A stretch of 32,000 bases of DNA from Pseudoalteromonas tetraodonis (GCF_002310835.1 NZ_CP011042.1:60001-92000), one strand, 5' to 3'; counted from the first letter of the stretch, positions 9,002 to 18,693 are shown. The notes: a model not told the origin generated them from the sequence alone. Numbers and translations: made by a program.

Positions 9002-11446
9002 ATGAAGAAAAATTTATTTACACTGAGCGCGTTTGTATTGCCTTTGGCAATGGCAAGCTCTGTGCTTGCCTCATCTGTTGAGCAAACTAAAGGCAGCTAT
9101 GTTGATAAGTTTCGTCAACTAGATGAAGCTTTACCTACGCCTAACGTTTACCGCAGTGCAGCTGGTGCCCCTGCTGAAAATTATTGGCAACAACGCGTTG
9201 ATTACGATATTGATGTAAAGCTTGATGAGCAAAAGCGTCGCTTAACGGGGAGTCAAACAATTGAATATAAAAATAACTCTCCGCATACATTAAAGTATTT
9301 ATGGCTTCAGCTTGATCAAAATATTTTTAAAAATGACTCAATTGCAGAAACCACGCAAACATTTAAAAGTACCCTACAAAACGAACCAGATGCAAAACCA
9401 GCTAAGTTAAGCTTAGGTGATTTACGTCGTCAGCAATTTATGGACGATAATGAACTGGGTTACACCATCAGCAATGTTAAAGATGAAGATGGTAAAGCGC
9501 TGCGCGTGACTGTGGTTGATACCTTAATGCGCATTGATTTAAATACGCCACTTAAACCCGGTAAAGATGTTGAGTTTAGTATGGACTTTGCGTTTAACCT
9601 CGTTGAAGAAGACGCGGTAGGCGCACGTGCAGGTTACGAGCATTTTGAAGAAGACGGTAACGATATTTTTTTAGTTGCACAGTGGTTTCCTCGCTTAGCG
9701 GCTTACACCGATTACGAAGCATGGACAAACAAACCGTTTTTAGGCAGTGGTGAGTTCACTTTAGAGTTTGGTGACTACGATGTTGAAATTACGGTTCCTG
9801 CGGATCATATTGTATCGGCAACTGGTAAGCTTGATAACCCAAGCTCGGTATTGACCAGCACTCAGCGCAAGCGTTTAAAAGAAGCTGAAACAGCAAAACG
9901 CCCTGTGTTTGTTGTTACCGAAGAAGAAGCGCTCGAAAACGAAAAAGCCGGTACAGACAAAACAAAAACATGGCATTTTAAAGCAGAAAATGTTCGTGAC
10001 TTTGCTTGGGCATCATCACGTAAATTTATGTGGGATGCTAAAGGTTACCAGCAAGGTGGTGATGAACAACCACTCGTTATGGCGATGTCGTTCTTCCCTA
10101 AAGAAGGTGGCGACTTATGGAAGAAATACTCAACTGAAGCGGTTGTACACACGATGGAAGTGTATTCACAGTATTCATTTGATTACCCATACCCAACTGC
10201 GCAGTCAGTTAATGGCCCTGTAGGGGGTATGGAATACCCAATGATCACTTTTAATGGCCCACGTACAGATTTACAAGACGATGGTACACGCACTTACTCT
10301 CAAGCAGAAAAACGCTTTTTAATTGGTGTTGTTATCCATGAGGTAGGTCATATCTACTTCCCAATGATTGTAAACTCAGATGAGCGCCAATGGACTTGGA
10401 TGGATGAAGGCTTAAATAGCTTTTTAGACGGTGTTGCTGGGCGTGAATGGGATCCAACCATTCCATGGGGCGTTGAACCACGTGACATTGTTGCTTACAT
10501 GAAGTCAGAGACTCAAGTGCCTATTATGACGCAATCAGACAGCGTGCTACGTTTAGGTCCTAATGCCTATACTAAACCTGCTGCGGCATTAAATATTTTA
10601 CGTGAAGTGATTTTAGGGCGTGAATTATTTGATTTTGCCTTTAAAGAGTACGCTCAGCGCTGGAAGTATAAACGCCCTACTCCCGCTGATTTTTTCCGTA
10701 CTATGGAAGAAGCCTCAGGTGTTGATTTAGATTGGTTCTGGCGTGGTTGGTTCTACACCACAGACCATGTTGATATCTCGCTTGATAAAGTATATCAATT
10801 ACGTTTAGACACCAAAAATCCAGATATCGACTTTAAACGTTTACGTGATATTGAAGCTGATAAGCCAAGTTCATTATTTGTTGAGCGTAATCGCGCTGAA
10901 GGTAAAAAAACGTGGGTTGAACAAAATCCAGATGTGACAGATTTTTATGACGAAAACGATCGCTTTACCGTTACAAACAAAGAGCGTAATACGTACAATA
11001 AGTTTTTAAAAGGCTTAAAGCCGTGGGAGCGTAAAACACTTGATCGCGCGCTAGAAGAAGACAAAAACTACTACGTGATGGAGTTTTCAAACCTCGGTGG
11101 CTTAGTGATGCCAATTCTTTTAGAGCTAACGTATGAAGATGGCACTAAAGAGGAACGTTATATTCCTGCAGAAATTTGGCGTCGTAATCACAAAAACGTA
11201 CAAAAGCTGATTATTACCGACAAAAACAAACCGCTTACCTCAGTAACGGTTGATCCAGGCTGGGAAACAGCAGATGTTGATGTAGAAAATAACCACTACC
11301 CACGTCGTATTATTCCTTCGCGTATTGAAGTGTATAAACGTGAAAAGAGTAAGGCAAAAGTAAGCCGCGATATTATGCAAGATATCAAAACAGAGCTGAA
11401 AAAAGACGAGCCAAAAGACGAAAAAAATAACGACGAGGATCAATAA
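9002..11446 (+). CDS. secreted M1-family (gluzincin) metallopeptidase
   Basis: 814 aa. It has a signal peptide 'MKKNLFTLSAFVLPLAMASSVLA', the zinc motif 'HEVGH' followed by 18 residues and then E ('WMDEGLNSF'), and the exopeptidase-type 'GGMEY' variant of GxMEN. The C-terminal tail is K/D/E-rich. Confidence 0.9.
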   Translation: MKKNLFTLSAFVLPLAMASSVLASSVEQTKGSYVDKFRQLDEALPTPNVYRSAAGAPAENYWQQRVDYDIDVKLDEQKRRLTGSQTIEYKNNSPHTLKYLWLQLDQNIFKNDSIAETTQTFKSTLQNEPDAKPAKLSLGDLRRQQFMDDNELGYTISNVKDEDGKALRVTVVDTLMRIDLNTPLKPGKDVEFSMDFAFNLVEEDAVGARAGYEHFEEDGNDIFLVAQWFPRLAAYTDYEAWTNKPFLGSGEFTLEFGDYDVEITVPADHIVSATGKLDNPSSVLTSTQRKRLKEAETAKRPVFVVTEEEALENEKAGTDKTKTWHFKAENVRDFAWASSRKFMWDAKGYQQGGDEQPLVMAMSFFPKEGGDLWKKYSTEAVVHTMEVYSQYSFDYPYPTAQSVNGPVGGMEYPMITFNGPRTDLQDDGTRTYSQAEKRFLIGVVIHEVGHIYFPMIVNSDERQWTWMDEGLNSFLDGVAGREWDPTIPWGVEPRDIVAYMKSETQVPIMTQSDSVLRLGPNAYTKPAAALNILREVILGRELFDFAFKEYAQRWKYKRPTPADFFRTMEEASGVDLDWFWRGWFYTTDHVDISLDKVYQLRLDTKNPDIDFKRLRDIEADKPSSLFVERNRAEGKKTWVEQNPDVTDFYDENDRFTVTNKERNTYNKFLKGLKPWERKTLDRALEEDKNYYVMEFSNLGGLVMPILLELTYEDGTKEERYIPAEIWRRNHKNVQKLIITDKNKPLTSVTVDPGWETADVDVENNHYPRRIIPSRIEVYKREKSKAKVSRDIMQDIKTELKKDEPKDEKNNDEDQ

Positions 11447-11448
11447 TA

Positions 11449-11943
11449 ATGCGTTTTTTGCTTATTATTGTTTGTTTTTTAATTGCTGCGCCAAGTATGG
11501 CGCATCAATTAAAATCATCCGTTACAACGGTGTTATTTAATCAGCGTACGCACAATATTGAATTGATGCATCGTTTTTATTTACATGACACAGAGCATGC
11601 TGTTGGTAACTTGTTTAAAGGCAAAGTGGATATTATGAGTAACAAGCGTGACCAAAAACGTTTTGCCAAGTATGTTGAATCTCATGTTGCCTTACAAACC
11701 TTGAGCGGTGAGCCCCTCACCCTTAATTATGTAGGTGCACAAGTGGATGGTAAGTTTTTTTGGGTGTACCAAGAAGCTGCTATTCCCGATGAGATTGAGG
11801 GTATTAGAATGAGTCATGGTGCACTGCGTGATTTGTGGCCTGCACAAGTGAATATGGTGAATGTTGAAGGGCGAGGACAGATAAAAACCTTAAACTTTAG
11901 CCAAGACGATACCTGGCTTGAAGCGAAATTTGAGCCGAAATAA
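11449..11943 (+). CDS. small secreted hypothetical protein, translationally coupled to the M1 peptidase
   Basis: 164 aa. The start lies 2 nt after the peptidase stop. Signal peptide 'MRFLLIIVCFLIAAPSMA' with a predicted cleavage leaving His as the first mature residue. I assign no family with confidence. Confidence 0.7.
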   Translation: MRFLLIIVCFLIAAPSMAHQLKSSVTTVLFNQRTHNIELMHRFYLHDTEHAVGNLFKGKVDIMSNKRDQKRFAKYVESHVALQTLSGEPLTLNYVGAQVDGKFFWVYQEAAIPDEIEGIRMSHGALRDLWPAQVNMVNVEGRGQIKTLNFSQDDTWLEAKFEPK

Positions 11944-11953
11944 CCACTATTAT

Positions 11954-11985
11954 TGCGCACCTTTAGAGGGTGCGCACTTTCCTTT
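11954..11985 (+). terminator. rho-independent terminator of the peptidase operon
   Basis: Stem TGCGCACC (11954-11961) pairs with GGTGCGCA (11969-11976), followed by CTTTCCTTTAT. Confidence 0.6.
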
Positions 11986-12194
11986 ATAGCTGATCGAGTT
12001 AATTAATTGCATCGTAAAGTCTTTACTATACCAGTTATACAAACCCAAACTATTACGTTATCAAATGAACTATAATTAAATTTCAATGGACTGAGCTGTT
12101 TTTTATATGTTTATTGATATACTTTTTATTAAAGGTTTAGATAACCTAAGCCAAACCTAGCATACTGAGCTAATTATTTAGCGCAAGGAATGAA

Positions 12195-12812
12195 ATGAAA
12201 ACGCAAATTGAGGCAATCAAAGGTGTTATTTTTGATTTAGATGGAACTTTAGTATCTTCAGAATTAAACTTTTCATTGATAAAAGCCCAAGTAGGTTGCC
12301 CTGCAGAGCAAGACTTACTCGATTACATAGAACAATTGCCTTCCCCCTATATGCGTGAAGAAGCAATGAATATAGTGCATCAGCATGAGTTGTTAGATGC
12401 ACAATCGGCTAAGCTTCTACCTGGCGTTGTAGAGGCTGTTAAAGCGCTACAAGCTAAAAACATACCTATGGCCATTGTTACACGTAATTTTGATAAGGCG
12501 GCGACATTAAAGTTACAGAATAACCCGCTACCAATAGAAACAGTACTCACCCGAACAGACGCACCAGCAAAACCCGATCCGAGCGCTTTATTAACGGTTG
12601 CAACTCAATGGGAAATGCCGGTTGATAATGTGATTTATGTTGGTGATTATTTATACGACATACAAGCGGCGCACAATGCTAATATGCGTGCCTGTTTGTA
12701 TGCACCTGATGTGACCCCCGGGTATGCCGAACAAGCCGATTTTGTTATTCATGCATTTGATGAGTTGGTGTCATTAATTGACAATTACGCTGAAAAAGTT
12801 GAGTTATGTTAA
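12195..12812 (+). CDS. HAD-superfamily hydrolase (phosphatase-like, subfamily IA type)
   Basis: 205 aa. Motif I is 'IFDLDGTLV', motif II 'IVTRN', and motifs III/IV are 'KPDP' followed by 'VGDYLYD'. Confidence 0.85.
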   Translation: MKTQIEAIKGVIFDLDGTLVSSELNFSLIKAQVGCPAEQDLLDYIEQLPSPYMREEAMNIVHQHELLDAQSAKLLPGVVEAVKALQAKNIPMAIVTRNFDKAATLKLQNNPLPIETVLTRTDAPAKPDPSALLTVATQWEMPVDNVIYVGDYLYDIQAAHNANMRACLYAPDVTPGYAEQADFVIHAFDELVSLIDNYAEKVELC

Positions 12813-12966
12813 ATTGAGCTTTGTTTTATTTGTTTAATAACATAATGGGTATTATTTAAATTAATACCCAGCTGCTTTTGCACAGCATAGCATGTTGAAC
12901 CACTAGCCCAATACGGTTTGAATTGGTAAAATATCGCAAACCAAATGTATTCAATAGAGGCACAAG

Positions 12967-13692
12967 ATGGGCAGAGCATTTGAAGTCCGCAAAAGTTCGA
13001 TGGCTAAAACAGCCAACGCAAAAACTAAAGTAAATTCGAAGTACGGTAAAGAAATTTACGTTGCAGCCAAAAGTGGTGAACCTGATCCCGATGTAAATCA
13101 AACATTGCGCCGCTTAATTGAAAAAGCAAAAAAAGACCAAGTTCCTGCGCACGTAATCGAAAAAGCAATTGAAAAAGCAGCCGGTGGGGCAGGGGAAGAT
13201 TACTCTTCAGCCCGTTACGAGGGTTACGGCCCTGGTAATTGTATGGTGATTGTTGACTGTTTAACCGACAACCCAAACCGCACAATTAAAGATGTACGTT
13301 TACCGTTTACTAAAACAGATTCAAAAATAGGTACACCTGGGTGTGTTGCACATATGTTTGATCACCTTGCTGTTTTAGGATTTGCAGGCGATGACGACGA
13401 AGTTGTGTTAGAAGCCCTCATGATGGCTGACGTTGATGTAACCGATGTAGAAGCCGAAGATGGCAAGGTATCGGTGTTTGCACCGCATACTGAGTATTTT
13501 AAAGCTAAAACGGCACTGGAAGAGGCATTTGAAGGCATTAACTTTGAAGTTGATGAAATTACCTTTGTGCCACAAGTACATGTTGAAATCACTGATGAAG
13601 AAGTTATTGCCAACTTTGATAAATTTATCAATATGCTTGAAGATTGCGATGACGTACAAAATGTTTATCACAACGCGACCATTAAAAATTAA
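12967..13692 (+). CDS. YebC/PmpR-family DNA-binding regulatory protein (YeeN-like)
   Basis: 241 aa. The family-typical sequences '[36 protein letters not shown]', 'YEGYGPG' and the C-terminal '[11 protein letters not shown]' are present. Confidence 0.9.
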   Translation: MGRAFEVRKSSMAKTANAKTKVNSKYGKEIYVAAKSGEPDPDVNQTLRRLIEKAKKDQVPAHVIEKAIEKAAGGAGEDYSSARYEGYGPGNCMVIVDCLTDNPNRTIKDVRLPFTKTDSKIGTPGCVAHMFDHLAVLGFAGDDDEVVLEALMMADVDVTDVEAEDGKVSVFAPHTEYFKAKTALEEAFEGINFEVDEITFVPQVHVEITDEEVIANFDKFINMLEDCDDVQNVYHNATIKN

Positions 13693-13742
13693 TTCGTAGT
13701 GATTTGAATAGTGATTATTCACTAGCGTTATAAAAATTAGCT

Positions 13743-14321
13743 TAGGGTCTGTTGACCTTTGCGGATTAAAATTTGTTCAAACTAGGGGCGGTTTAATCGC
13801 GGCGCGAGGTTTGTAACCTAGTGGGCTAAGTAAAAACCGAGCAAAGCTTCCGCGTCCTGCTCACGCCCCTTACCTACATCCATGTAGGCAACAAAGAGTA
13901 AATCGCCCCTAGGCAGAACCCGAAGGGCAGCGCCTGTTTGGCATTGATGCTGCGTTATCGCCTATTTATGGGGAATAACCACATTATACCCAAATTGCCT
14001 TAATATACAGAATTCAGCGTTTCACAGGGACTTAATATCAAGGCGTTCCCTTTGCAATAATGGTCCTCCCTTTTAAAAAGGAACAACGAAGGGAGTAAGT
14101 TCCTGTGAAACGCCCTACGGGTTGGTTTAAAAGCTATTTATGCTGCGTTATTGATTTTAACAAGGGAATAACCATTATTTTCAATCAATGCCTTGTCAAA
14201 ATAGCTTTTAATTCCAACTGAAACTCGCAGATTAAGGTAATTTGGGTATAGATAGGCTCTGCCTTGCCTAAATACCAAACAGACTGCTGCAAATTTAACC
14301 TTGAAAGGTCAACAGACCCTA
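13743..14321. repeat. 579-bp non-coding element bounded by 18-bp perfect terminal inverted repeats and extensively self-complementary (MITE-like element or large structured RNA)
   Basis: TAGGGTCTGTTGACCTTT (13743-13760) pairs with AAAGGTCAACAGACCCTA (14304-14321). There are further nested pairings: 13934-13941/14275-14282, 13985-14004/14231-14250 and 14017-14028/14102-14113. The ORF track shows no ORF of 60 aa or more. Confidence 0.75.
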
Positions 14322-14359
14322 GTAAAGCTGATTTTTTTATTTTTAGGTTAAGTTTTAAG

Positions 14360-16537
14360 TTAGTGCTGTGCTTTATATTTCAAGCGGTAGCTGTGTAGTA
14401 GCGGCTCTGTGTAACCGCTCGGTTGGCTAACCCCTTCAAATACCAGTGCTAAAGCAGCTTGATACGCAATACTTTTAGCTAATGTCTGCTCATTAGTTGC
14501 CATTGGCGTGTAAAGGCTGTCATGCTCGTTTTGGCCATCAACAACCTTAGCCATTTTTGCCATCACTTTTTGTACTTGCTCTTTGCTACATACACCATGA
14601 TGTAGCCAGTTGGCGATATGTTGGCTTGAAATACGTAAGGTGGCTCTGTCTTCCATTAAACCAATATGATTAATGTCAGGCACTTTAGAGCAGCCTATTC
14701 CTTGGTCAATCCAACGTACTACGTAGCCTAAAATACCTTGCGCGTTGTTTTCAAGCTCGCTTTGAATATCTTCTTTTGATAGCGTTTCAGGGTTTGGCAT
14801 GAGCGGCGGTGTAAGTAAGCTCTCTAGGCTTGCTATTTGACGCGTGGCAATGCTTTGCTGCAGGCTAAATACATCAACATCATGATAATGCATTGCGTGT
14901 AATGTGGCGGCAGTAGGGGAGGGCACCCAAGCGGTATTTGCGCCAGATTGAGGGTGCGCTATTTTTTGCTCCATCATCATCGCCATTTTATCTGGCATTG
15001 CCCACATACCTTTACCAATTTGCGCTTTATGGCTTAAGCCACAGGCTAGGCCAATATCAACGTTGCGATCTTCGTAAGCGCTGATCCAAGGCTGTGCTTT
15101 AATAGCCGCTTTCGGCAGCACAACACCCGCTTGCATTGAGGTATGAATTTCATCGCCAGTGCGGTCTAAAAAGCCAGTGTTAATAAACACAACACGCTCT
15201 TTTGCTGCATGAATACATGCTTTTAAGTTGGCTGATGTTCGACGTTCTTCATCCATAATACCCATTTTAAGGGTGTTTTTAGGCAAGCTCAGTGCCTCTT
15301 CAACCATACCAAATAAAGTATTAGCAAAGGCGACTTCATCAGGGCCATGCATTTTCGGTTTTACAATATTAATACTTTGCGCGGTTGAATTTTTAATCGT
15401 GTTTTTAGTGTTTAAATCGTGCAAAGCAGCTGTTGCGGTGAACATGGCATCCATAATGCCTTCAAACACATCATTGCCGCTTACATCGGTAATGGCTGGA
15501 TTTGTCATTAAATGTCCCACGTTACGCACAAACATCATACTGCGCCCTTTGAGGGTCAGTTTTTGGCCATCAAGACCTGTATATTGTCGGTCAGCTTGTA
15601 ACGTGCGGTCGACCATTTTGTCGCCTTTTCTAAACGTTTCAACCAAGTTGCCTTGCATTAAACCAAGCCAGTTTTTGTAAACTTGTGCTTTATCTTCTGC
15701 ATCCACTGCGGCAACCGAGTCTTCACAGTCCATAATGGTTGTTAGTGCGGCTTCTAGCACCACATCTTTTAACCCTGCTTTATCAGCTTGACCAATAGGG
15801 TGGTGATGGTCTATTTGCAGCTCAATATGCAATCCATTGTTTTTAAGTAAAATAACACTCGGGTTTTGTGCTTCACCCTGATAGCCAATCAGTTGCTCAG
15901 GGTTTTTAAGTGTGGTGTGCGAACTGTCGCGCAGGGTAATAGCAAGGGCGCCGTCAACAATAGAATAGTTAGTACTTTCAATATGCGAGCCATTTTCAAG
16001 CGGTAATGCTTTGTCTAAAAACTGCCTTGCGTAAGCCATTACTTTAAAGCCACGAACAGGGTTGTATTGGCTGCCTTTTTCGGCGCCGTCGTCTTCGCTT
16101 AATACATCGGTTCCATATAAAGCATCGTACAACGACCCCCAACGTGCATTAGCTGCATTAAGTGCAAAGCGTGCATTACTAACCGGCACCACTAGCTGTG
16201 GCCCTGCAGTCAGCGCTATTTCTGGCTCTACATTTTGAGTTTCAATACTAAAGTTTTCAGGCTCATCAACTAGGTAGCCAATATCTTTTAAAAACGCTTG
16301 ATACTGAGCTTGGTCAGCATTTTTATTTGCAAGGTGGTAGTCATCAATTTGCTTTTGTAGCTGTTCACGCTTAGCCAGTAGTGATTTGTTCAATGGTGTA
16401 AGTGTTTGCACTATGTTGGCAAAGCTTTTCCAAAACTGGTGTTCATCAAGATGGGTACCAGGTAATAATTGTTTTTTAACAAATTCAGCAAGTTGCTTAT
16501 CAACGCTGAGTCCTGAATGGGTGAGAGTGTGGCTCAT
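14360..16537 (-). CDS. glcB: malate synthase G
   Basis: About 725 aa, with length and sequence typical of the G isoform (for example '[14 protein letters not shown]' and '[10 protein letters not shown]'). I chose the ATG at 16537 ('[12 protein letters not shown]...') because an AAGGA RBS lies 8 nt upstream. The ORF-track start at 16603 adds 22 unlikely residues. Confidence 0.95.
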   Translation of the reverse strand: MSHTLTHSGLSVDKQLAEFVKKQLLPGTHLDEHQFWKSFANIVQTLTPLNKSLLAKREQLQKQIDDYHLANKNADQAQYQAFLKDIGYLVDEPENFSIETQNVEPEIALTAGPQLVVPVSNARFALNAANARWGSLYDALYGTDVLSEDDGAEKGSQYNPVRGFKVMAYARQFLDKALPLENGSHIESTNYSIVDGALAITLRDSSHTTLKNPEQLIGYQGEAQNPSVILLKNNGLHIELQIDHHHPIGQADKAGLKDVVLEAALTTIMDCEDSVAAVDAEDKAQVYKNWLGLMQGNLVETFRKGDKMVDRTLQADRQYTGLDGQKLTLKGRSMMFVRNVGHLMTNPAITDVSGNDVFEGIMDAMFTATAALHDLNTKNTIKNSTAQSINIVKPKMHGPDEVAFANTLFGMVEEALSLPKNTLKMGIMDEERRTSANLKACIHAAKERVVFINTGFLDRTGDEIHTSMQAGVVLPKAAIKAQPWISAYEDRNVDIGLACGLSHKAQIGKGMWAMPDKMAMMMEQKIAHPQSGANTAWVPSPTAATLHAMHYHDVDVFSLQQSIATRQIASLESLLTPPLMPNPETLSKEDIQSELENNAQGILGYVVRWIDQGIGCSKVPDINHIGLMEDRATLRISSQHIANWLHHGVCSKEQVQKVMAKMAKVVDGQNEHDSLYTPMATNEQTLAKSIAYQAALALVFEGVSQPSGYTEPLLHSYRLKYKAQH

Positions 16538-16776
16538 AATTAATATCCTTAAACGGTCCGACAGTGTGCAATTTTTTATATGCGTACACCTACCATATCG
16601 CAAAAAAGTGGCTTTGAATGCTTTTTAGTCATTCACTATATGTATAGCCGTAATAAAAACTATAAATTTACTAAATCTAAAAAATAAGCCTAATGTTTAA
16701 TTAAGCGCTACAGAGCTAACGTGATGTAGTCACTCTCTCAACAATAAATATTAATACCCGTTCGAAGGACTTTATT

Positions 16777-18378
16777 ATGACAACATATCAAGGCGAAACA
16801 GATACACTAGCAACATTATGCCAATCACAAGGCAGTGCATGGAAAACAATTAATCCTGAATACGCAACACGTATGCGTTTACAAAATCGTTTTCGCTCTG
16901 GTGTTGATATTGCACAATTTACAGCAGACATCATGCGTGAAGACATGGCTGCATACGATAAAGACACAAGCCAGTACACACAGTCTTTAGGTTGTTGGCA
17001 TGGTTTTACTGCCCAACAAATGATGATGGCAATTAAGCGCCATCAAAAAACAACTAAGCGCAGTTACGTATACCTAAGCGGTTGGATGGTTGCAGCGCTT
17101 CGCTCTGAGTTTGGTCCTCTTCCAGATCAAAGTATGCATGAAAAAACATCAGTACCGGCACTTATCGAAGAAATCTATACCTTCTTAAAGCAAGCGGATG
17201 CACGTGAACTTGACCACTTATTTAATGAACTAGACGACGCAAAAGCAAACGGCGGCGACGTTCAAGCAGTACTTAACAAAATTGATAACTTTGAAACGCA
17301 CGTTGTACCAATTATTGCTGACATTGATGCCGGTTTTGGTAACGAAGAAGCAACTTACCTACTAGCTAAAAAGATGATTGAAGCGGGTGCATGTGCTATC
17401 CAAATCGAAAACCAAGTATCAGATGCTAAGCAATGTGGTCACCAAGCAGGTAAAGTGACGGTTCCACATGAAGACTTTTTAGCAAAAATTAATGCAGTGC
17501 GTTACGCGTTCCTAGAGCTAGGTATTGATAACGGTATTATCGTTGCGCGTACCGATTCACTAGGTGCAAGCCTTACGCAAAAAGTACCGGTTTCAAAAAA
17601 ACCAGGTGACTTAGCAAGCCAATACAATGCATTTTTAGAAACAACCCCAGTAAACAGTGTTGATGACTTAAATGAAGGCGAAACAGCAATGAAGCTTAAT
17701 GGTCAGCTTTGTAAGCCAACACGCCTAGACAATGGTTTATACCAGTTCCGCGAAGGCACTGAAAAAGACCGTGTAGTACTAGATTGTGTAACGAGCCTAC
17801 AGTCAGGTGCGGATTTACTGTGGATTGAAACAGAAAAACCACATGTAAAACAAATTGCTGAACTCGTTAATCGCGTAAAAGAGCAAGTACCAGATGCTAA
17901 ATTAGTATACAACAACTCACCATCGTTCAACTGGACGCTGAAGTTCCGTGAGCAAGTATACCAAGAATGGCAGGAAGAAGGTCGTGACCTGAGCGCTTAC
18001 CCAAGTCTTGATGATAACAAAGCGCTTATGGCTCCAGAAATGGATGCAACAGAGCTTGCAGCAGCTGCTGACTTATTAGTACAAAACTTCCAACGCGATG
18101 GTGCACGTGAAGCGGGTATTTTCCACCACCTAATCACGTTACCAACGTACCACACAGCAGCATTAAGCACAGATATTCTATCTGAAGGTTACTTTGGTGA
18201 CTTAGGTATGCTGGCTTATGTACGTGATGTACAGCGTCAAGAAATCCGTCGTGAGCAAGCGTCTGTTAAACACCAAGACCTTGCAGGCTCAAACATTGGT
18301 GATACACACAAAGAGTACTTCTCAGGTGAGAATGCACTTAAAGCCGGTGGTGAAGCTAACACCATGAACCAATTTTAA
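16777..18378 (+). CDS. aceA: isocitrate lyase (long, roughly 530-aa type)
   Basis: 533 aa. The catalytic-loop signature 'KQCGHQAGK' is a variant of KKCGH. 'DIDAGFG' and 'IENQ' are also present. The size matches the long ICLs of Pseudomonas and Colwellia. It is divergent from glcB. Confidence 0.95.
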   Translation: MTTYQGETDTLATLCQSQGSAWKTINPEYATRMRLQNRFRSGVDIAQFTADIMREDMAAYDKDTSQYTQSLGCWHGFTAQQMMMAIKRHQKTTKRSYVYLSGWMVAALRSEFGPLPDQSMHEKTSVPALIEEIYTFLKQADARELDHLFNELDDAKANGGDVQAVLNKIDNFETHVVPIIADIDAGFGNEEATYLLAKKMIEAGACAIQIENQVSDAKQCGHQAGKVTVPHEDFLAKINAVRYAFLELGIDNGIIVARTDSLGASLTQKVPVSKKPGDLASQYNAFLETTPVNSVDDLNEGETAMKLNGQLCKPTRLDNGLYQFREGTEKDRVVLDCVTSLQSGADLLWIETEKPHVKQIAELVNRVKEQVPDAKLVYNNSPSFNWTLKFREQVYQEWQEEGRDLSAYPSLDDNKALMAPEMDATELAAAADLLVQNFQRDGAREAGIFHHLITLPTYHTAALSTDILSEGYFGDLGMLAYVRDVQRQEIRREQASVKHQDLAGSNIGDTHKEYFSGENALKAGGEANTMNQF

Positions 18379-18400
18379 TTCAACTAGATAGTGTTACTTA

Positions 18401-18422
18401 AGGGCCGCAAGGCCCTTTTTTT
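18401..18422 (+). terminator. rho-independent terminator of aceA
   Basis: AGGGCC (18401-18406), GCAA loop, GGCCCT (18411-18416), then a T-run to 18422. Confidence 0.85.
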
Positions 18423-18448
18423 ATGCTTGCATAAAGGCAAAATTTAAT

Positions 18449-18693
18449 AGATCAGTATTTTACTAGCCATTTGGTTAGTGAGATTTTTCAATGCAATGCA
18501 GGTTAAAAGTGTAAATAAATTTAAAGGATGTTTATGCTCGGCTGTGAGGGCTTTATGTTGATTACGCTTTGACACTGGTAAGCACAATAAATTACCCGCT
18601 TTTTACCACATATAGATCAGAGTTTAACTAACATACTGAAAGCAGATCACGATTTAACTAGCTGCTCTTAATACAGATCAGATTTTAACTAAC
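18449..18693 (+). repeat. direct repeats of type AGATCAG(N)ATTTTAACTAAC, four copies each containing GATC
   Basis: The copies are 18449-18467 AGATCAGTATTTTACTAGC, 18614-18632 AGATCAGAGTTTAACTAAC, 18644-18662 AGATCACGATTTAACTAGC and 18675-18693 AGATCAGATTTTAACTAAC. The last three are spaced 30 and 31 bp apart. Confidence 0.8.

Noticed and set aside
12856-13722. Five overlapping short ORFs around the yebC-like gene (12856-13101, 13025-13285, 13362-13631, 13408-13722, 13460-13699).
   Set aside because: They are antisense or off-frame to a strongly supported YebC-family CDS and their translations have no recognisable features.
13782-13912. A GC-richer hairpin-bounded insert that might be a tRNA, tmRNA, RNase P, SRP or 6S RNA gene.
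   Set aside because: It lacks a T-arm GGTTCGAATCC-like box, a cloverleaf, a CCA-compatible 3' end and the RNase P or SRP signature sequences. I treated it as a sub-domain of the larger element.
15228-16628. Antisense ORFs inside glcB (15228-15680, 16386-16628) and the 22-codon N-terminal extension of glcB up to 16603.
   Set aside because: The ORFs are embedded antisense to malate synthase G. The extension lacks an RBS, whereas the ATG at 16537 has AAGGA upstream and gives the family-typical N-terminus.
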